From positions 31,874,437 to 31,938,436 of the forward strand of contig NC_092672.1 of assembly GCF_964355755.1 (NCBI RefSeq): a stretch of DNA of 64,000 nucleotides. Direction: 5' to 3'. This stretch comes from Antedon mediterranea (taxonomy: Eukaryota > Animalia > Echinodermata). Shown here piece by piece: positions 28,102 to 40,955 of this stretch (position 1 is its first letter; each line of letters begins with the position of its first letter). The notes under the pieces were generated by a model. That model did not search any database. It saw only the letters and a list, made by a program, of their open reading frames with translations, and had not been told where the DNA came from. The translations under genes were made by a program, and so were the position numbers.

Positions 28102-28579
28102 TAAAGCGTGGTTCCCTCTAGAACGCAACGCAGCGACGTATTGACGCAAAGTGCTGTATTGCGTAATCATAAGTGGGAACCGACACGATGAAGGGTATTT
28201 TCTTACGTTGTGTAAATTGCGTTACGTTGCGTCGCTAGTGAGAACCAAGCTTTAAGCGTGGTTCCCACTAGCGACGCGGCACAAGGACGTAACGCAACGC
28301 AAATGAATTGACCAATAATCACAAGCGATGGCTTATTCGCTTGTGATTGCTAACTGTCTATAACTTCGCTTTTCATTGGTTAAAACGCTTGCGTTGCGTT
28401 TACGTCCTTGCGTTACGTTCTAGTGGGAACCAAGCTTCAGTGGGAACCGACGACGCAACAGTGCTGCAAACATCACAAGTTTGATTTTAAACAGGCGGGG
28501 GCAAATACAATTATTAGGAAATTTTCTTACGTTGCGTAGATTTTGTTACGTTGCGTCGCTAGTGGGAACCAAGCTTTAA
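28102..28579. mobile_element. Cluster of nested MITE family A copies
   Basis: Multiple GTGGTTCCCACTAG / CTAGTGGGAACCAAGCTT termini; 28254-28438 is the reverse complement of 18968-19151. Confidence 0.75.
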
Positions 28580-30454
28580 GAAACCGACAACCGAAAGACC
28601 CACACGTTGTAGATGTAAATGTCACAAAATCATCATTCCTATTAGAATTTAGTTCTAGTTATTTTTAAAAATGTTAACAAAAACGTTTATTGCCAATGTC
28701 TCGTATAATATATTAATAATTCATCGTCACATTCCAGCGTAACCATAACAGTATAAACAACACCATCTTCACGATTTGATTTTGATTTTATTTGTTTATT
28801 TCTAGCAATAAAACCTTCACGTTGTTTAGGCCTACCCATTTTTCTGCTTTGTTGAAAAAAAAAGTAAAACAAGATCTAAAAACAAGTGCATCCCGTTTCT
28901 AGTAAAAAACAAACTTACATCCGGCGTCAAACGTCATATAAATTACGCTTGTCCGTTTTTTTTATATGACAATGTGTAATTTGACGTCATCGACCTAGGG
29001 TAAACTATGTTATGAAGAAAGCACGCCAGCACGTCTAGCAAACATTAAATACTTAAAGGAAATCATGTTCTTTTTTCTCTCTTTAAAAATAATACAAACG
29101 TAATTCTTTATCTATTGAGGACATTGTTAATAATAATAGTTATAACGAACGTATTGATAAGGCGGCCGGCTGCGCAATTTCCTGTTTATCATTTGCACTA
29201 ATATCGTTGCAATAGTACATTGAGCATTAATGAGATTTTAATGTTGGAAATCGACTGAAAGTGTTACAATAATAACTGATATGCTGCAATTGAGACGATT
29301 TAGATAGTTACTATAAATATCATAAAAAAACATGAATATATTGAGGTAATAAGATAAATAATGTATTGTGTTCTAGCACTATTATTATTACAGAAGTTTA
29401 TAGAACTAAGGTCATAGGTTAATTTCTATAACTGGCTAAATGCACACTGGTACAAACAGGGAACTATAAAATGAGTTTTGATATTGAATATGTTATATAA
29501 TAATATATGATGAAGGGCTAGTGTTACCCAAAAGCTTTACATTTACATTTTGATCGTTTTGATTTAGCTTTTTGCTTATTTTATTTTGTATCTCCTGACT
29601 GATACCCACAGCATTGTCCTTTTTTCAGTGCTTATTTTACTTGTATCTCCATTGAGATCCAACCACTGATATACAAAGCATTGTCATTATTTCAGTTGCT
29701 TGTTTTTTTTGTATCTCCATTGAGATCCAGTCACTGATACTCACAGCTTGTCATTTTTTCAGTAATTTGCCTTTGGATTTATAATATAATAATAATATAA
29801 ATAGTTTTAATAAAACTAATTTTATAGCTCAATGGTATAAATACATTGCTGGCTTGGAATCAACAGTATAGTGTTTGCTGTTTGGCACCGATGGATCAGT
29901 GTATGTCATGTACTTGTTTTTTGTTTGCAGTATAACATGAAAGTAACTTGCAGTTTTGTTGTTATTTATACCGGTTGCATTGAGATCACGTCACATAGGC
30001 CTATAACAATATCCTATGCATACCCATTGACCTATGCATGCCCCTTGACAGTCAAGCACTGAGATCACGGCATATAGGTCTAGCATTATCCAATGCATGC
30101 CCCTTGACCTATGCAGGCCCCTCGACCTGTGCATGCCCCTTGAGAGTCAAACACTCACTTTCACCAATCACATACAAAAAAAAGCTACACGACTGGTTTC
30201 GTAAAAGACATTGAATTTACTTTTAATATAATACATTATACATAAAGGTTAACATATCATTTTGAAATGAATCTGAATACAAAATAAATCTCTGTCTACA
30301 CTATCACACTATTGACAAAGTGTGACGTGCCCCAATATGGCAGTGATATGACGTCATCGTGTCCATTATGAGCACAGCACATTTTGTTTTGTTACATAAG
30401 TTTGATAGTGTAGACACAGAGGCTTATGTGGTAAAATATATTATGACTTAAAAT

Positions 30455-30530
30455 TAAATCTGTTAATCAGTTTCGTTTGTTGCATATCATGAACATGATA
30501 TGCAATAAACGAAACTGATTAACAGATTTA
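30455..30530. repeat. Near-perfect 76-bp hairpin
   Basis: TAAATCTGTTAATCAGTTTCGTTTGTTGCATATCATG-AA-CATGATATGCAATAAACGAAACTGATTAACAGATTTA; one mismatch. Confidence 0.9.
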
Positions 30531-31540
30531 ATCAAAATTAAGTATAAATAAAATTAATTAATTATATGAATAAATGTATCATGTTGATGAAATTTTATTT
30601 TAATTTAAAACAAAAAATAAGGAAAGATGAAACATATTAGTTTCTATGAAAATGTATTCATTAATTTTCAACACTGTTAATTAGTTTGGGAAACCAATTT
30701 AGATAACACACGCACGTAGGTGTTAAAAACAAGTTACCAGAATATGTAAAATTCATCTTAGGCGCCTGCGCAAATCTATGAGGGGAAGGGGGTTCCTCCT
30801 TTAATTTTTATTTTACCACAGGTTAGCTGTCGTGTGTGATCGACCGGTCCGTGGTTAATGTATTTTTCGAATGTTCACGTGACTACTCGATATTCTTTCT
30901 CGATTCGTCAATAAATCTATTTCTTTCGAAAGATATCATTTTCTAAGAATCATGAAATACTATTTTCTCCCTAAGATAATTTACATTATTACGCTTAAAA
31001 TCTGTTACATAAATTTCTTATCGTATGGATGTTCATATCAAGCAATAAGTCCCTTGTTTAAGTTCAACTTCACAAAGACAAGACCAACGCAGGTATGTTT
31101 CCCCCTGTGGCTAGGCTGTGCATATCGAATGCTCCTTCCCATCAATAAGACAATCTATCGGAGGATAATGAAAACCTTTGATTCGTTGTTCTGATAAAAT
31201 TATTTTTATATAAATATCAGGTTTGCCCTCATTACCAAAATCCTTTAGAAAATAAATTACGAAAAGAAGCACCATAGTACTTTGCCATCGTTGTTCACAA
31301 AAGTTGACATTTTTACAATTTATAATTTATAATAACACAATTATAAATGGATACAATATGACATCAAAGTTAATGCGTTAAATTTGTATCAGTGTTTAGA
31401 CGCGCGCGCGCAGCAACCTTTGACGTCACTGACGATAATGAACATACGTCTACAATTTAATAAACTAAACAAAAAACAATCATGCTTATGTCGACAAAGT
31501 TAGACAGATATGCATAGTAGGTCTACAGTACATACTTAAA

Positions 31541-31642
31541 GGGTCCGTTAAGGCTTAGTAAGTTGGTTTCTACCCACAAAACCTAGCGATAACTGTAGGC
31601 TACCCATGAAATAAAATTACCCGAGTAAACCTTAACGGACCC
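31541..31642. mobile_element. Small MITE-like inverted repeat
   Basis: GGGTCCGTTAAGG ... CCTTAACGGACCC. Confidence 0.5.
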
Positions 31643-34600
31643 AACTATAAACTACCGGTGTAAAATGCATTTCGACCCTTGGCAAACAATCTGTCAATAA
31701 GGCTTTCACATTTGGGTTAGCCTACAATTCAGCATAGGGAAGATGATACCTAAACTTAAACAAATAAAAAGCATTATTACTGGCTTTACATAGAGTACTA
31801 TATATTTATTTTAAAACATTTGACTAAATAGATTTTATTGACCCGAATTCTTAATCTTAATAAAACTCCTAATATAGGATTAACTGTTGAAATATATATT
31901 ACATATATCTATAGATTGCATTTCGCGTGGTGGGAATATACATATATTTTTACAAAAATATTTCTATATATCTATATATCCCTATGTATCTGGCAATGAA
32001 TATAGCACAATGTACAGTTACTGGATTACTTTAACAAAAGTACTGTACTGAATACAAGCATACGTACTTTCAGTTGTGGCCCGGAGAAAACCCTGGACTG
32101 CTCTGCGTGACGTTTTTCGATCACACGCATACGTAAACTGGAACCGTAATGATTTTGTGTGAGCAGTAGTTCAATCTTAAAAACTACACGCATTTTGACG
32201 GTTTTTTTTTACCAGGCCACCAGAACGGAATCCAAACTCAGTGTGAAAAGAATTCACTTCAAGGAAAACATCACGTGGCCGGAGTGAGACATTTAGTGGG
32301 GACATCTGTATTTCTTCAACAAAGAATAATACAAGTGGTTGATTGGAATGTTTAATAACGTACATTAAACCTATACGATGCGTCAATGCTTTGTGATAAG
32401 CAAAGCGTACTTTATTAAAAGATGACGTATGTTGTCCGTTTCTTATTTTACAGTATGTCATTTATATTGGCAACATGACGTATGTTGTCCGTTTCTTAAT
32501 TTATAGTAGGCCTATGCCATATATGGGCAACATGACGTATGTTGTCCGTTTCATATTTTACAGTATGATATATATAGGCAGTGACGTATGTCGTCCATGC
32601 ATGAAAAGAAACATAGGGCAATTATACAAGATAAATAAAGTGATAATAATAACAATTAATGTGTTTACTAACATCTGTATGTTAATAAATCATCTCATCT
32701 TCATCGGAACTGTGGGATTAACATTCTAAACAGCACGTTTCGCACTACTTCAACACATACTTTACACACACTTAAACGCTAAATATCCATATTATGTTTA
32801 ATGAATACTCCAGGTTAAAACAGATTTAGCTAGTTCGAACCTGCATAATTTTGGTACGCGACATTCAACGCGCAAAACGCAAAAAAAAAATAAATAAATA
32901 AAAACCAAACAAAACTTTTCCCGATTTGTATAGGCATTCAGTACTGTAAGTAATTTGTTTGTCTATCTATGCTACCTGTACATCAGTCTCAAATGTACGT
33001 GGGAAAGTTCAACATTTCAAGTCCATATACCACGTGGTACATGTCTAAAGCCCCGTTCACACGACTGCAGACTGAATTTAGATGATTCATGTAAACTTAC
33101 CCTTAGTCCTTCAGTGAACAGATACACCCTAGTAAAAATGTTTTGTGTAAACCTAGTCACAAAAATCGTGTGAGCAAAATTTAGTATCACAAACGGTGGC
33201 CGTGTGGATAGCAACCTGCCTCCACTTAGGCTACGTAAAATACACTATTCGACATTAGTTAGTTTAGTCATGATGATACTTATTTCTCTATGGTTTATCA
33301 TAGTCTCAGATCTGGCCAGCTATTAAATTATATTTTGAATTTTAAAATATTCAGCGATTTTGTGTTGTTCTTCGATTGCCGAGAGGTTGAAGAAATCTTG
33401 GCTGACTAATACTTAAAACATTGATGTTAAATATAATATAATGATTTGCGAATAGTTTTGTATCGCAAGTATAAGTTAACCGGCCCTGCGAAAAACACCA
33501 ATAGGTGTGGTGTCCGTTTGAAAATAAAGTGTCTATAATTATTATACAAATAATATACATTATGCAAATTGCATTATATAAAATAATGTTAAAAACACAA
33601 TTACAAAATAAACGTGCACATACATTCAATTGAAAATAATGTACAATACATAAATACAAAAAAAAAGTAAAGTAAATATTAAAAGAGTAAATAAAAAAAC
33701 TAAAATATTGAATTAAAATAATATAATATAAATAGTTATACCTGTATAAACAAAAGGTAATATAAATGAAATAAGCAAAAAATAATGTATATATTATTTT
33801 CTGCAGCTATGCACCTGCATATCGAGTTGTCTGAAGAAAACTTAATTAAAAACATCCATCAACTATTCTTTGGAAATTAATATTAGCACACTTAGTACAG
33901 TACTACTAAACAAAAAAATAATTGTGATGACGATGATGTCATATCACTAGCATATCACTACCAAATTTAAGCATGTATCACTACCAAATTTAAGCATGTA
34001 TCACTACCAAATTTAAGCATATCACTATCAAATAACTATTCAAACTTTTTGTTAGTGTAGACAGAGCCTAAGATGTTGTAGACGTGTGATGTCGGACTTT
34101 TTTACGTTGTCTTTTTTACGTTGTTGTCCATCAGTCGGTGTTTCAATTTTTGTCTTCACAGCTAAAATAATACACGTATGAAATGCTATGTGTGCCAAAA
34201 TATTCATCTGTTTACCAAGTGAATCGCCGTCGTCTAGAATCTAGACATTGCTGTGAGCGTATTCAGTACGTATTCAGTACAGTTAGCTGAACTGGTTATA
34301 TAATTTCCCTAAATATTGAGAGCTTAAGTCCACTTATTCCGCTCGCTGCTTCCCTTGTGTATTGGTTGATTGCGGGTCATGCATCTTTATCTTGCCTAAA
34401 GCTGGCAAAGATTTGAACCAGTAACTTATCTCAAATAAGCCAGGTTCTTCACCATTGCGCCAGATCCTTTGAATACATGGTTTTACTTAAATACTTCTGC
34501 TTATAGAATATCTGTATTTACAATTAAACTGTCTGTTTTTGTAAGGCAATCTAACATCAGGACACTGAGCTCGCCTTGACAAGATAGGAACTTGTAACAG

Positions 34601-35099
34601 TCCTTTGCTCTTATGTTTGGCTGCGACAAATACCATAATACTACTGTATGTACATATTATTGTCCATGATGTGCTGTGTCTAAGAGGCGTGGAACTGAGA
34701 GTGTTGCAGCCACAGATGAACCCTTTGATCTCCGGAGCTCGGCATTCTGTTGTTAGATTGCCTTGATTGTTGTAACATGATTAACTTTTTCTACAAATAA
34801 TAAAATAGAGTGAAAGCATCACTATCTGAAAAAGACATAACTAAACCTGATATCATTATCAATTATTACTTTTTCTTAAATATTTGTTTCATTTACCATG
34901 TACCTTTAAAGTATTATAGGTACTTGCATTTACAAAGAACATCTTTCAGCCATATAGCAAAAATATTCTGTTAATTTGAAGAAGAAAACAAAAGAATTCA
35001 TGTTTAATCCAAAAATAAAACATAATTGAACCAGAGTGCCTTTACGTGTTCAACACGTAGCTTCCTTGAAGCCAATCTGAGAGAATAAAGTTCAACTTT

Positions 35100-35335
35100 G
35101 TTCTTATCCAATCACAGATCAGTATAGCGATTAATTCTTCACTTCTTGGCCAATCACAGATCAGAATGTTTTGTTTGCCCAATAAACCGATTAATTCTGC
35201 ATTTCTTGGCCAATCACAGGTCAGAATGCTTTGTGTCCAATGAACCGATTAATTCTTCACTTCTTGGCCAATCGCATGTCTGACCATTTGTGTGTTCAAT
35301 GCGTCACTTTATATTCTTGGCCAATCAGAATGCTC
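35100..35335. repeat. Degenerate tandem repeats of about 60-65 bp, each containing CTTGGCCAATCA
   Basis: The motif GATTAATTCT...TTCTTGGCCAATC(A/G)CA recurs 4-5 times downstream of the ClC stop codon. Confidence 0.6.
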
Positions 35336-35643
35336 TATGTCTCAACACGCTTAATTGTTTTAAAAATGTTTAGCTATGATTTTCTTTTGTTGAATGCACT
35401 CTTGTAATCGTCTGAAATTTGCTAAAAAACCATCATATCTAACCATGGTTTAATTGTACGAAAATTCGGTGGGTATTTTCCAATATTTTTTTCCTGAAAA
35501 CAACCCTTGCTTTATATACTAATTTAGTTTTCTATCACTAATAATTACCCGTTTCATAATTTGCATTAAAAAAAAACCTTACCCGCATAACTTAGTCTTC
35601 AATAAAGTATTTTTACCCAATTTTTTCCCCCTCCTTTACAATT

Positions 35644-35787
35644 TTATTCTGCTTCATCAACTAGTAAGTTAAACTGTGGTGCTGTCCCCATCGTTGGTTC
35701 TGGACTTTCTGACGGAGTAACCACTGTTCTATCGACTGGCGCCCTCTGATTTCTGTAAAAATTGTTGTGTTCAATCGCTCGACGGAT
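35644..35787 (-). CDS. CLCN2: ClC-2-like chloride channel, terminal coding exon
   Basis: Acceptor TAG at 35790-35788; IRRAIEHNNFYRNQRAPVDR...LLVDEAE-stop follows CBS2 '...VALKE'. Confidence 0.8.
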   Translation of the reverse strand: MRRAIEHNNFYRNQRAPVDRTVVTPSESPEPTMGTAPQFNLLVDEAE

Positions 35788-35925
35788 CTAAAGAAAAAAA
35801 GCAGATAAAATTCATAGTTATATCAAGAATTTCTATCAATATTTTATTGAGGAAAAACGTTTTGTTAGTAAATAGAATATTGTTTTTCATTTGAATTTTT
35901 TTTAAATGATAAAATATTCACCAAC

Positions 35926-36012
35926 CTCCTTCAGTGCAACAACTCCAACTAAACGTCCGAGTGTTGTTACATACGCGTGGTTTAAACCAAGCAATGAAAA
36001 TAATGAATGCAC
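35926..36012 (-). CDS. CLCN2: ClC-2-like chloride channel exon (CBS2)
   Basis: [29 protein letters not shown], the characteristic ClC-1/2 CBS2 sequence; AG/GT flanks, phase 0/0. Confidence 0.92.
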
Positions 36013-36420
36013 CTGAGGAGATAATATAAAGCATAAAGCATGTTAATTTCAATGTCCTTCGGGACGTTACAAAAGGTTCCCTAAATAGGGGTTTCTCAGA
36101 ATCAGGGTTATATATATTTTCCTTTCTTTGTTTCATGGAACATAATAGTGTCCCCTTAATAGAGGTATCTCCTGAATAAGAGTGACCCAAAATAGAGGCT
36201 CTACTGTAATCTAATAGTAATTGCTATTTAAACAGTCCTGGCTTTGTTTGTATCAAACCTGTTTGTGACGGTAATTATCGCTGTTGATTTCGATTGAATA
36301 AAATAAAATATCTCAAAAATAACAATTGCCTATTTATTTAAAGATGAGGAAATGTCGTACATTTTATTCAAAAGTTTGGACCAAAATGTTCATGTCAATT
36401 AAACTGAAAATATAAATTAC

Positions 36421-36525
36421 CTTATGTAATGATGTACGTTCCACAAGTTGAAATGGGGCAGGGTCAATTTGAGAGTCCGAGAAATCTATTTGCTCTTTTA
36501 ATACAGCAGCCTCCCACTCAGCTTG
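36421..36525 (-). CDS. CLCN2: ClC-2-like chloride channel exon (start of CBS2)
   Basis: [35 protein letters not shown] with the conserved [16 protein letters not shown]; AG/GT flanks. Confidence 0.92.
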
Positions 36526-36591
36526 CTGTAGAAAGATATACAAAGGTTTTAAATAATCAAATGATAGTCAAAACTATATGTAAATGAACAT

Positions 36592-36838
36592 CAGCAATGT
36601 CCCTTTAAAAGCATAGACAACTTTGATATGGTTGGTTGACAACACTGTCCCTTTATTATATCTATTTACACTGCACATAATATTACAGTTATACTGGTAC
36701 CAACCAAACTCATTTCAGCAATGTCCCTTTAAAGCATAGACAACTTTGATATGGTTGGTTGACAACACTGTCCCTTTAATATATCTATTTACACTGCAAA
36801 TAATATTACAGTTGTACTGGTAACAACCAAACTCATTT
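36592..36838. repeat. Intronic tandem duplication, two copies of about 123 bp
   Basis: CAGCAATGTCCCTTTAAA...CAACCAAACTCATTT occurs twice head-to-tail. Confidence 0.85.
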
Positions 36839-37807
36839 ACATACTGAATAAACACTTCAAAATTATTATTTGGTGTCAAAATATACAGTCAGTATTTGCA
36901 TGTTAATTGTATTATGAAATACATTGGTAAACAATAACGGAATAGTTTTAATTCTTTTGTTTCTGAGGCTCTAAAAATTTGCGATTAAAATAATATAGCT
37001 TATTGAAGACAGAGAAACAGTAAAAAATAAAAAGACGTAAATGGATACAAAATAAACATAAAAATAATCAAGACAGAATGTCAGCGTTATTTTTCCAGGC
37101 TTTGCATTATTTATTACTTTGAATTAATCTGTATAAATAAAAAGTTTAAAGCATTGTAAAATAAAAACGAACAAACAATAATTAACCATCCCTCTATCGA
37201 AGCTATTATAATAATTAAAAAAAAAAACTTATATATGTGCAATTTTCATAATGAACAATTTTAATCCACTCTTTCATGAATATTATTGGTCTTTTTAAAT
37301 GTAATTTCTGTAATTTTTCTGCGGTAACAAAAATAATTGGTTGCTTATATCTAAATAAGATCGTTTGTGGTTTTGCATTTAGTCTGTATATAATAATTTT
37401 ATATATCATTATCAATGACTTTTTCATGACAAATTTTTCATCATATAAAGCGAAATATTTGTCGAAAGAGTTCCAAATAAAAAATAAAATGTTATTCTTA
37501 TTCTACATTTATTTCTATGACTTTTCATTACATTTTTTTGAAAGATAGTTTTTCCAAGACTTTCCGGTCTGGAATTTTTAAAAGTAAAATTTCATGATTT
37601 TCCAGATTTTCAATGATCCGTATAAACTTAAAGACATTTATGCAGCTCTCAAAATATTTTGTTTGTTAAATTTAATATCAAGTGTCATTTTCAATTTTTA
37701 CAATTTTTCAATTCAATATCCTTTCTGTAAAAACAAGTTTTATATGAGCAACAGAAATATTATAAAATATATTAATAATTTTGAAAACAATCTTTGTTTA
37801 CACTTAC

Positions 37808-37846
37808 CTCCTCAGGAGTCATGTCGTCCAAATCAGCCATTGAAGA
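37808..37846 (-). CDS. CLCN2: ClC-2-like microexon (39 bp)
   Basis: CAG|SSMADLDDMTPEE|GTAAGT; 'MTPEE' precedes the 'WE' motif as in ClC-2 homologs; phase 0/0. Confidence 0.75.
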
Positions 37847-38054
37847 CTGTTGAAAATAAAAATAAAACAATATTTAAACAACAAAAACAATATAGTGATA
37901 TGAAAATAATTTCTGAGAAGGGATGAGTAGTAACATATAAAACAGTTAAAATGCAAAAGACTACCTAATACTCAAATAAGCATGTTTTTAGATTTAACTC
38001 GACTTCAATCTTAAATAGAATAACAAGTTCTTAAGCATCCAGTTAGAAAAATTC

Positions 38055-38315
38055 CCCTTGACCTATGCATACACTTGACCCATGCACACTCTTGACCTGT
38101 GTATACACCTTGACCTATGCATACCCTTGACCTATGCAGACCCCTTGACCTATGCATACCCTTGACCTATGCATGCCACTGATATCCCTAACCTATATGC
38201 ATGCCCTTGTCCTGTGTGCCCCTTGACCTACAGTATGCATGCTCTTGACCTATGCATGCCCCTTGACCTATGCATGCCCTTGACCTATGCATGCCTCTTG
38301 ACCTATGCATGCCTG
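38055..38315. repeat. 17-18-bp minisatellite (CTTGACCTATGCATGCC)n; related short array at about 30020-30145
   Basis: Direct tandem repeats visible in the sequence. Confidence 0.85.
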
Positions 38316-38823
38316 TGAGTCATTTTGAGAAAACATAATCATTTATGATTTCAAATCAGTTTTAAAATAAATTATATCCCAAGATGTTAAAAAAAATATG
38401 AATTATGAACATGTTAATGAAATTAACGAAACAATGATAATACAGTTAGTTGTTAGAAACTTTAAAAAAATAATATTTCAATGAAGAAAAAATGTACTAA
38501 AACAAAACAAAAATCTTTCTACTAGCATGACTACAAGAATGAAATGAATTGTGCAAAATTCAAAATGCGGTAAACAAAAAAAATAACATGCAACAAACAA
38601 GATGGATACGTTATTGAGCTACTGTACTTTCCTGCCAAGCGGAGTTGTCGATGTGGTTTTGATTAGTCTGATTATCACTAATGGGATCAGAGGATGACTG
38701 GTTTGGAGAGGAAGAAGAGGAAACATTGAGAAACAAACAGACATGGATTAAGAATAGCAAACTATACTAACAAACTGTTTAGACTACAAACAAATTACCC
38801 AGCAAGGTAATATTTCATGCATA

Positions 38824-40052
38824 TTTTTAGTCGCGTCACTATCTCGGTTGGTTGGTAAACACTAACTCAAATTTGAGCACGTGACTGCAGCCATGTATAT
38901 GGCCTTGTTACTCTAAAGCTCACTATATCGGTCGGTTGGTCGGTAAACACTAACTCAAATTTGAGCACGGGACTGCAGCCATGTATATGGCCTTGTTACT
39001 CTAAAGCTCACTATATCGGTCGGTTGGTCGGTAAACGCTAACTCAAATTTGAGCACGCGACTGCAGCCATGTATATGGCCTTGTTACTCTAAAGCTCACT
39101 ATATCGGTCGGTTGGTCGGTAAACACTAACTCAAATTTGAGCACACGACTGCAGCCATGTATATGGCCTTGTTACTCTACAGCTCACTATGTCGCTCGGT
39201 TGGTCGGTAAACACTAACTCAAATTTGAGCACACGACTGCAGCCATGTATATGGCCTTGTTACTCTAAAGCTCACTATATCGGTCGGTTGGTCGGTAAAC
39301 ACTAACTCAAATTTGAGCACACGACTGCAGCCATGTATATGGCCTTGTTACTCTACAGCTCACTATGTCGCTCGGTTGGTCGGTAAACACTAACTCAAAT
39401 TTGAGCACACGACTGCAGCCATGTATATGGCCTTGTTACTCTACAGCTCACTATGTCGGTCGGTTGGTAGGTAAACACTAACTCAAATTTGAGCACACGA
39501 CTGCAGCCATGTATATGGCCTTGTTACTCTAAAGCTCACTATATCGGTCGGTTGGTCGGTAAACACTAACTCAAATTTGAGCACACGACTGCAGCCATGT
39601 ATATGGCCTTGTTACTCTACAGCTCACTATGTCGCTCGGTTGGTCGGTAAACACTAACTCAAATTTGAGCACACGACTGCAGCCATGTATATGGCCTTGT
39701 TACTCTACAGCTCACTATGTCGGTCGGTTGGTAGGTAAACACTAACTCAAATTTGAGCACACGACTGCAGCCATGTATATGGCCTTGTTACTCTACAGCT
39801 CACTATGTCGCTCGGTTGGTCGGTAAACACTAACTCAAATTTGAGCACACGACTGCAGCCATGTATATGGCCTTGTTACTCTACAGCTCACTATGTCGCT
39901 CGGTTGGTAGGTAAACACTAACTCAAATTTGAGCACACGACTGCAGCCATGTATATGGCCTTGTTACTCTACAGCTCACTATGTCGCTCGGTTGGTCGGT
40001 AAACACTAACTCAAATTTGAGCATGTGACTGCAGCCATGTTTATGCCCTTGT
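38824..40052 (+). repeat. 88-bp tandem array (about 14 units) built from a miniature Helentron-like unit
   Basis: Unit starts (CTCACT) at 38919, 39007, ... 39975, spacing 88. The array begins TTTTTAGTCGCGT and each unit ends CAC(G/A)CGACT-GCAGCCATGTATATGGC-CTTGTT. Confidence 0.9.
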
Positions 40053-40654
40053 TACATTAATACGGTCAAATTTCTCCTATCTTGTGGTTAATCGGCTGCT
40101 GGTTTAAGGTGTAATTGAAAAATCCACCCTCATGAGTTGCGTTTTTGAAACAGCTCAAAATTTACACCACACGTGACCATTACACATGAAAATTAAGAAG
40201 TCCGAACAGGCTCTAAGGTAAAGACAATAATTGGCATATTCGATAGGGTAACATTTGTATATTTCTTTGTTTACTTTTTTGTAAATGCTTATATGCCCTT
40301 CTAGATATTACTTCCCACGTTCTACTGTATGTTTATGAACACTTTTACAGATTCTTTATCAAAATGTAAACGTTTAATTAAAAAGTTGATTACATTAAAA
40401 AAACTCTGTTGATTAAAGTCCCCAACCGAATACACTAAATAATATTTCATAAGTAAAGTGCAAAATCTATAATATCATTATCAATGATAATTCTAAAAAA
40501 AAGGAAGTATGAAGGTTACATTCAAATTCAAATATTGGGTACAGTATCATATATTACACACTATTTCATGCAAATATTATTTTACTATATTAACTACATC
40601 ATAATTCATCTATACATAGCTTTTGGCATATTGGCATACATATTTTTAGCAAAC

Positions 40655-40955
40655 AACATATTTGGTATACACTATATTTGGTATACACCATATTTGGCAT
40701 ACACCATATTTGCAATATACCATATTTGGTATACACCATATTTGGCATACACCATTTTTGCAATATGCCATATTTGGTATACACCATTTTTGCAATATAC
40801 CATATTTGGCATACACCATTTTTGCAATATGCCATATTTGGTATACACCATATTTGGCATACACCATTTTTGCAATATACCATATTTGGTATACACCATA
40901 TTTGGCATACACTATTTTTGCAATATACCATATTTTGTATACACCATATTTGGTA
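40655..40955. repeat. Minisatellite (TACACCATATTTGG(C/T)A-type units), left part; continues at 42541-42760
   Basis: Tandem 16-17-bp units; this explains the overlapping repetitive ORFs in several frames. Confidence 0.9.

Noticed and set aside
34680-34790. Possible alternative terminal ClC exon (KKLIMLQQSRQ...HAS-stop) after a TAG acceptor
   Set aside because: The preceding exon already reaches a stop at 35644 and the peptide has no recognisable homology; at most a 3' UTR exon.
38824-40052. CRISPR-like array with hairpin-containing repeats
   Set aside because: No variable spacers; units are contiguous 88-mers matching Helentron-like termini.
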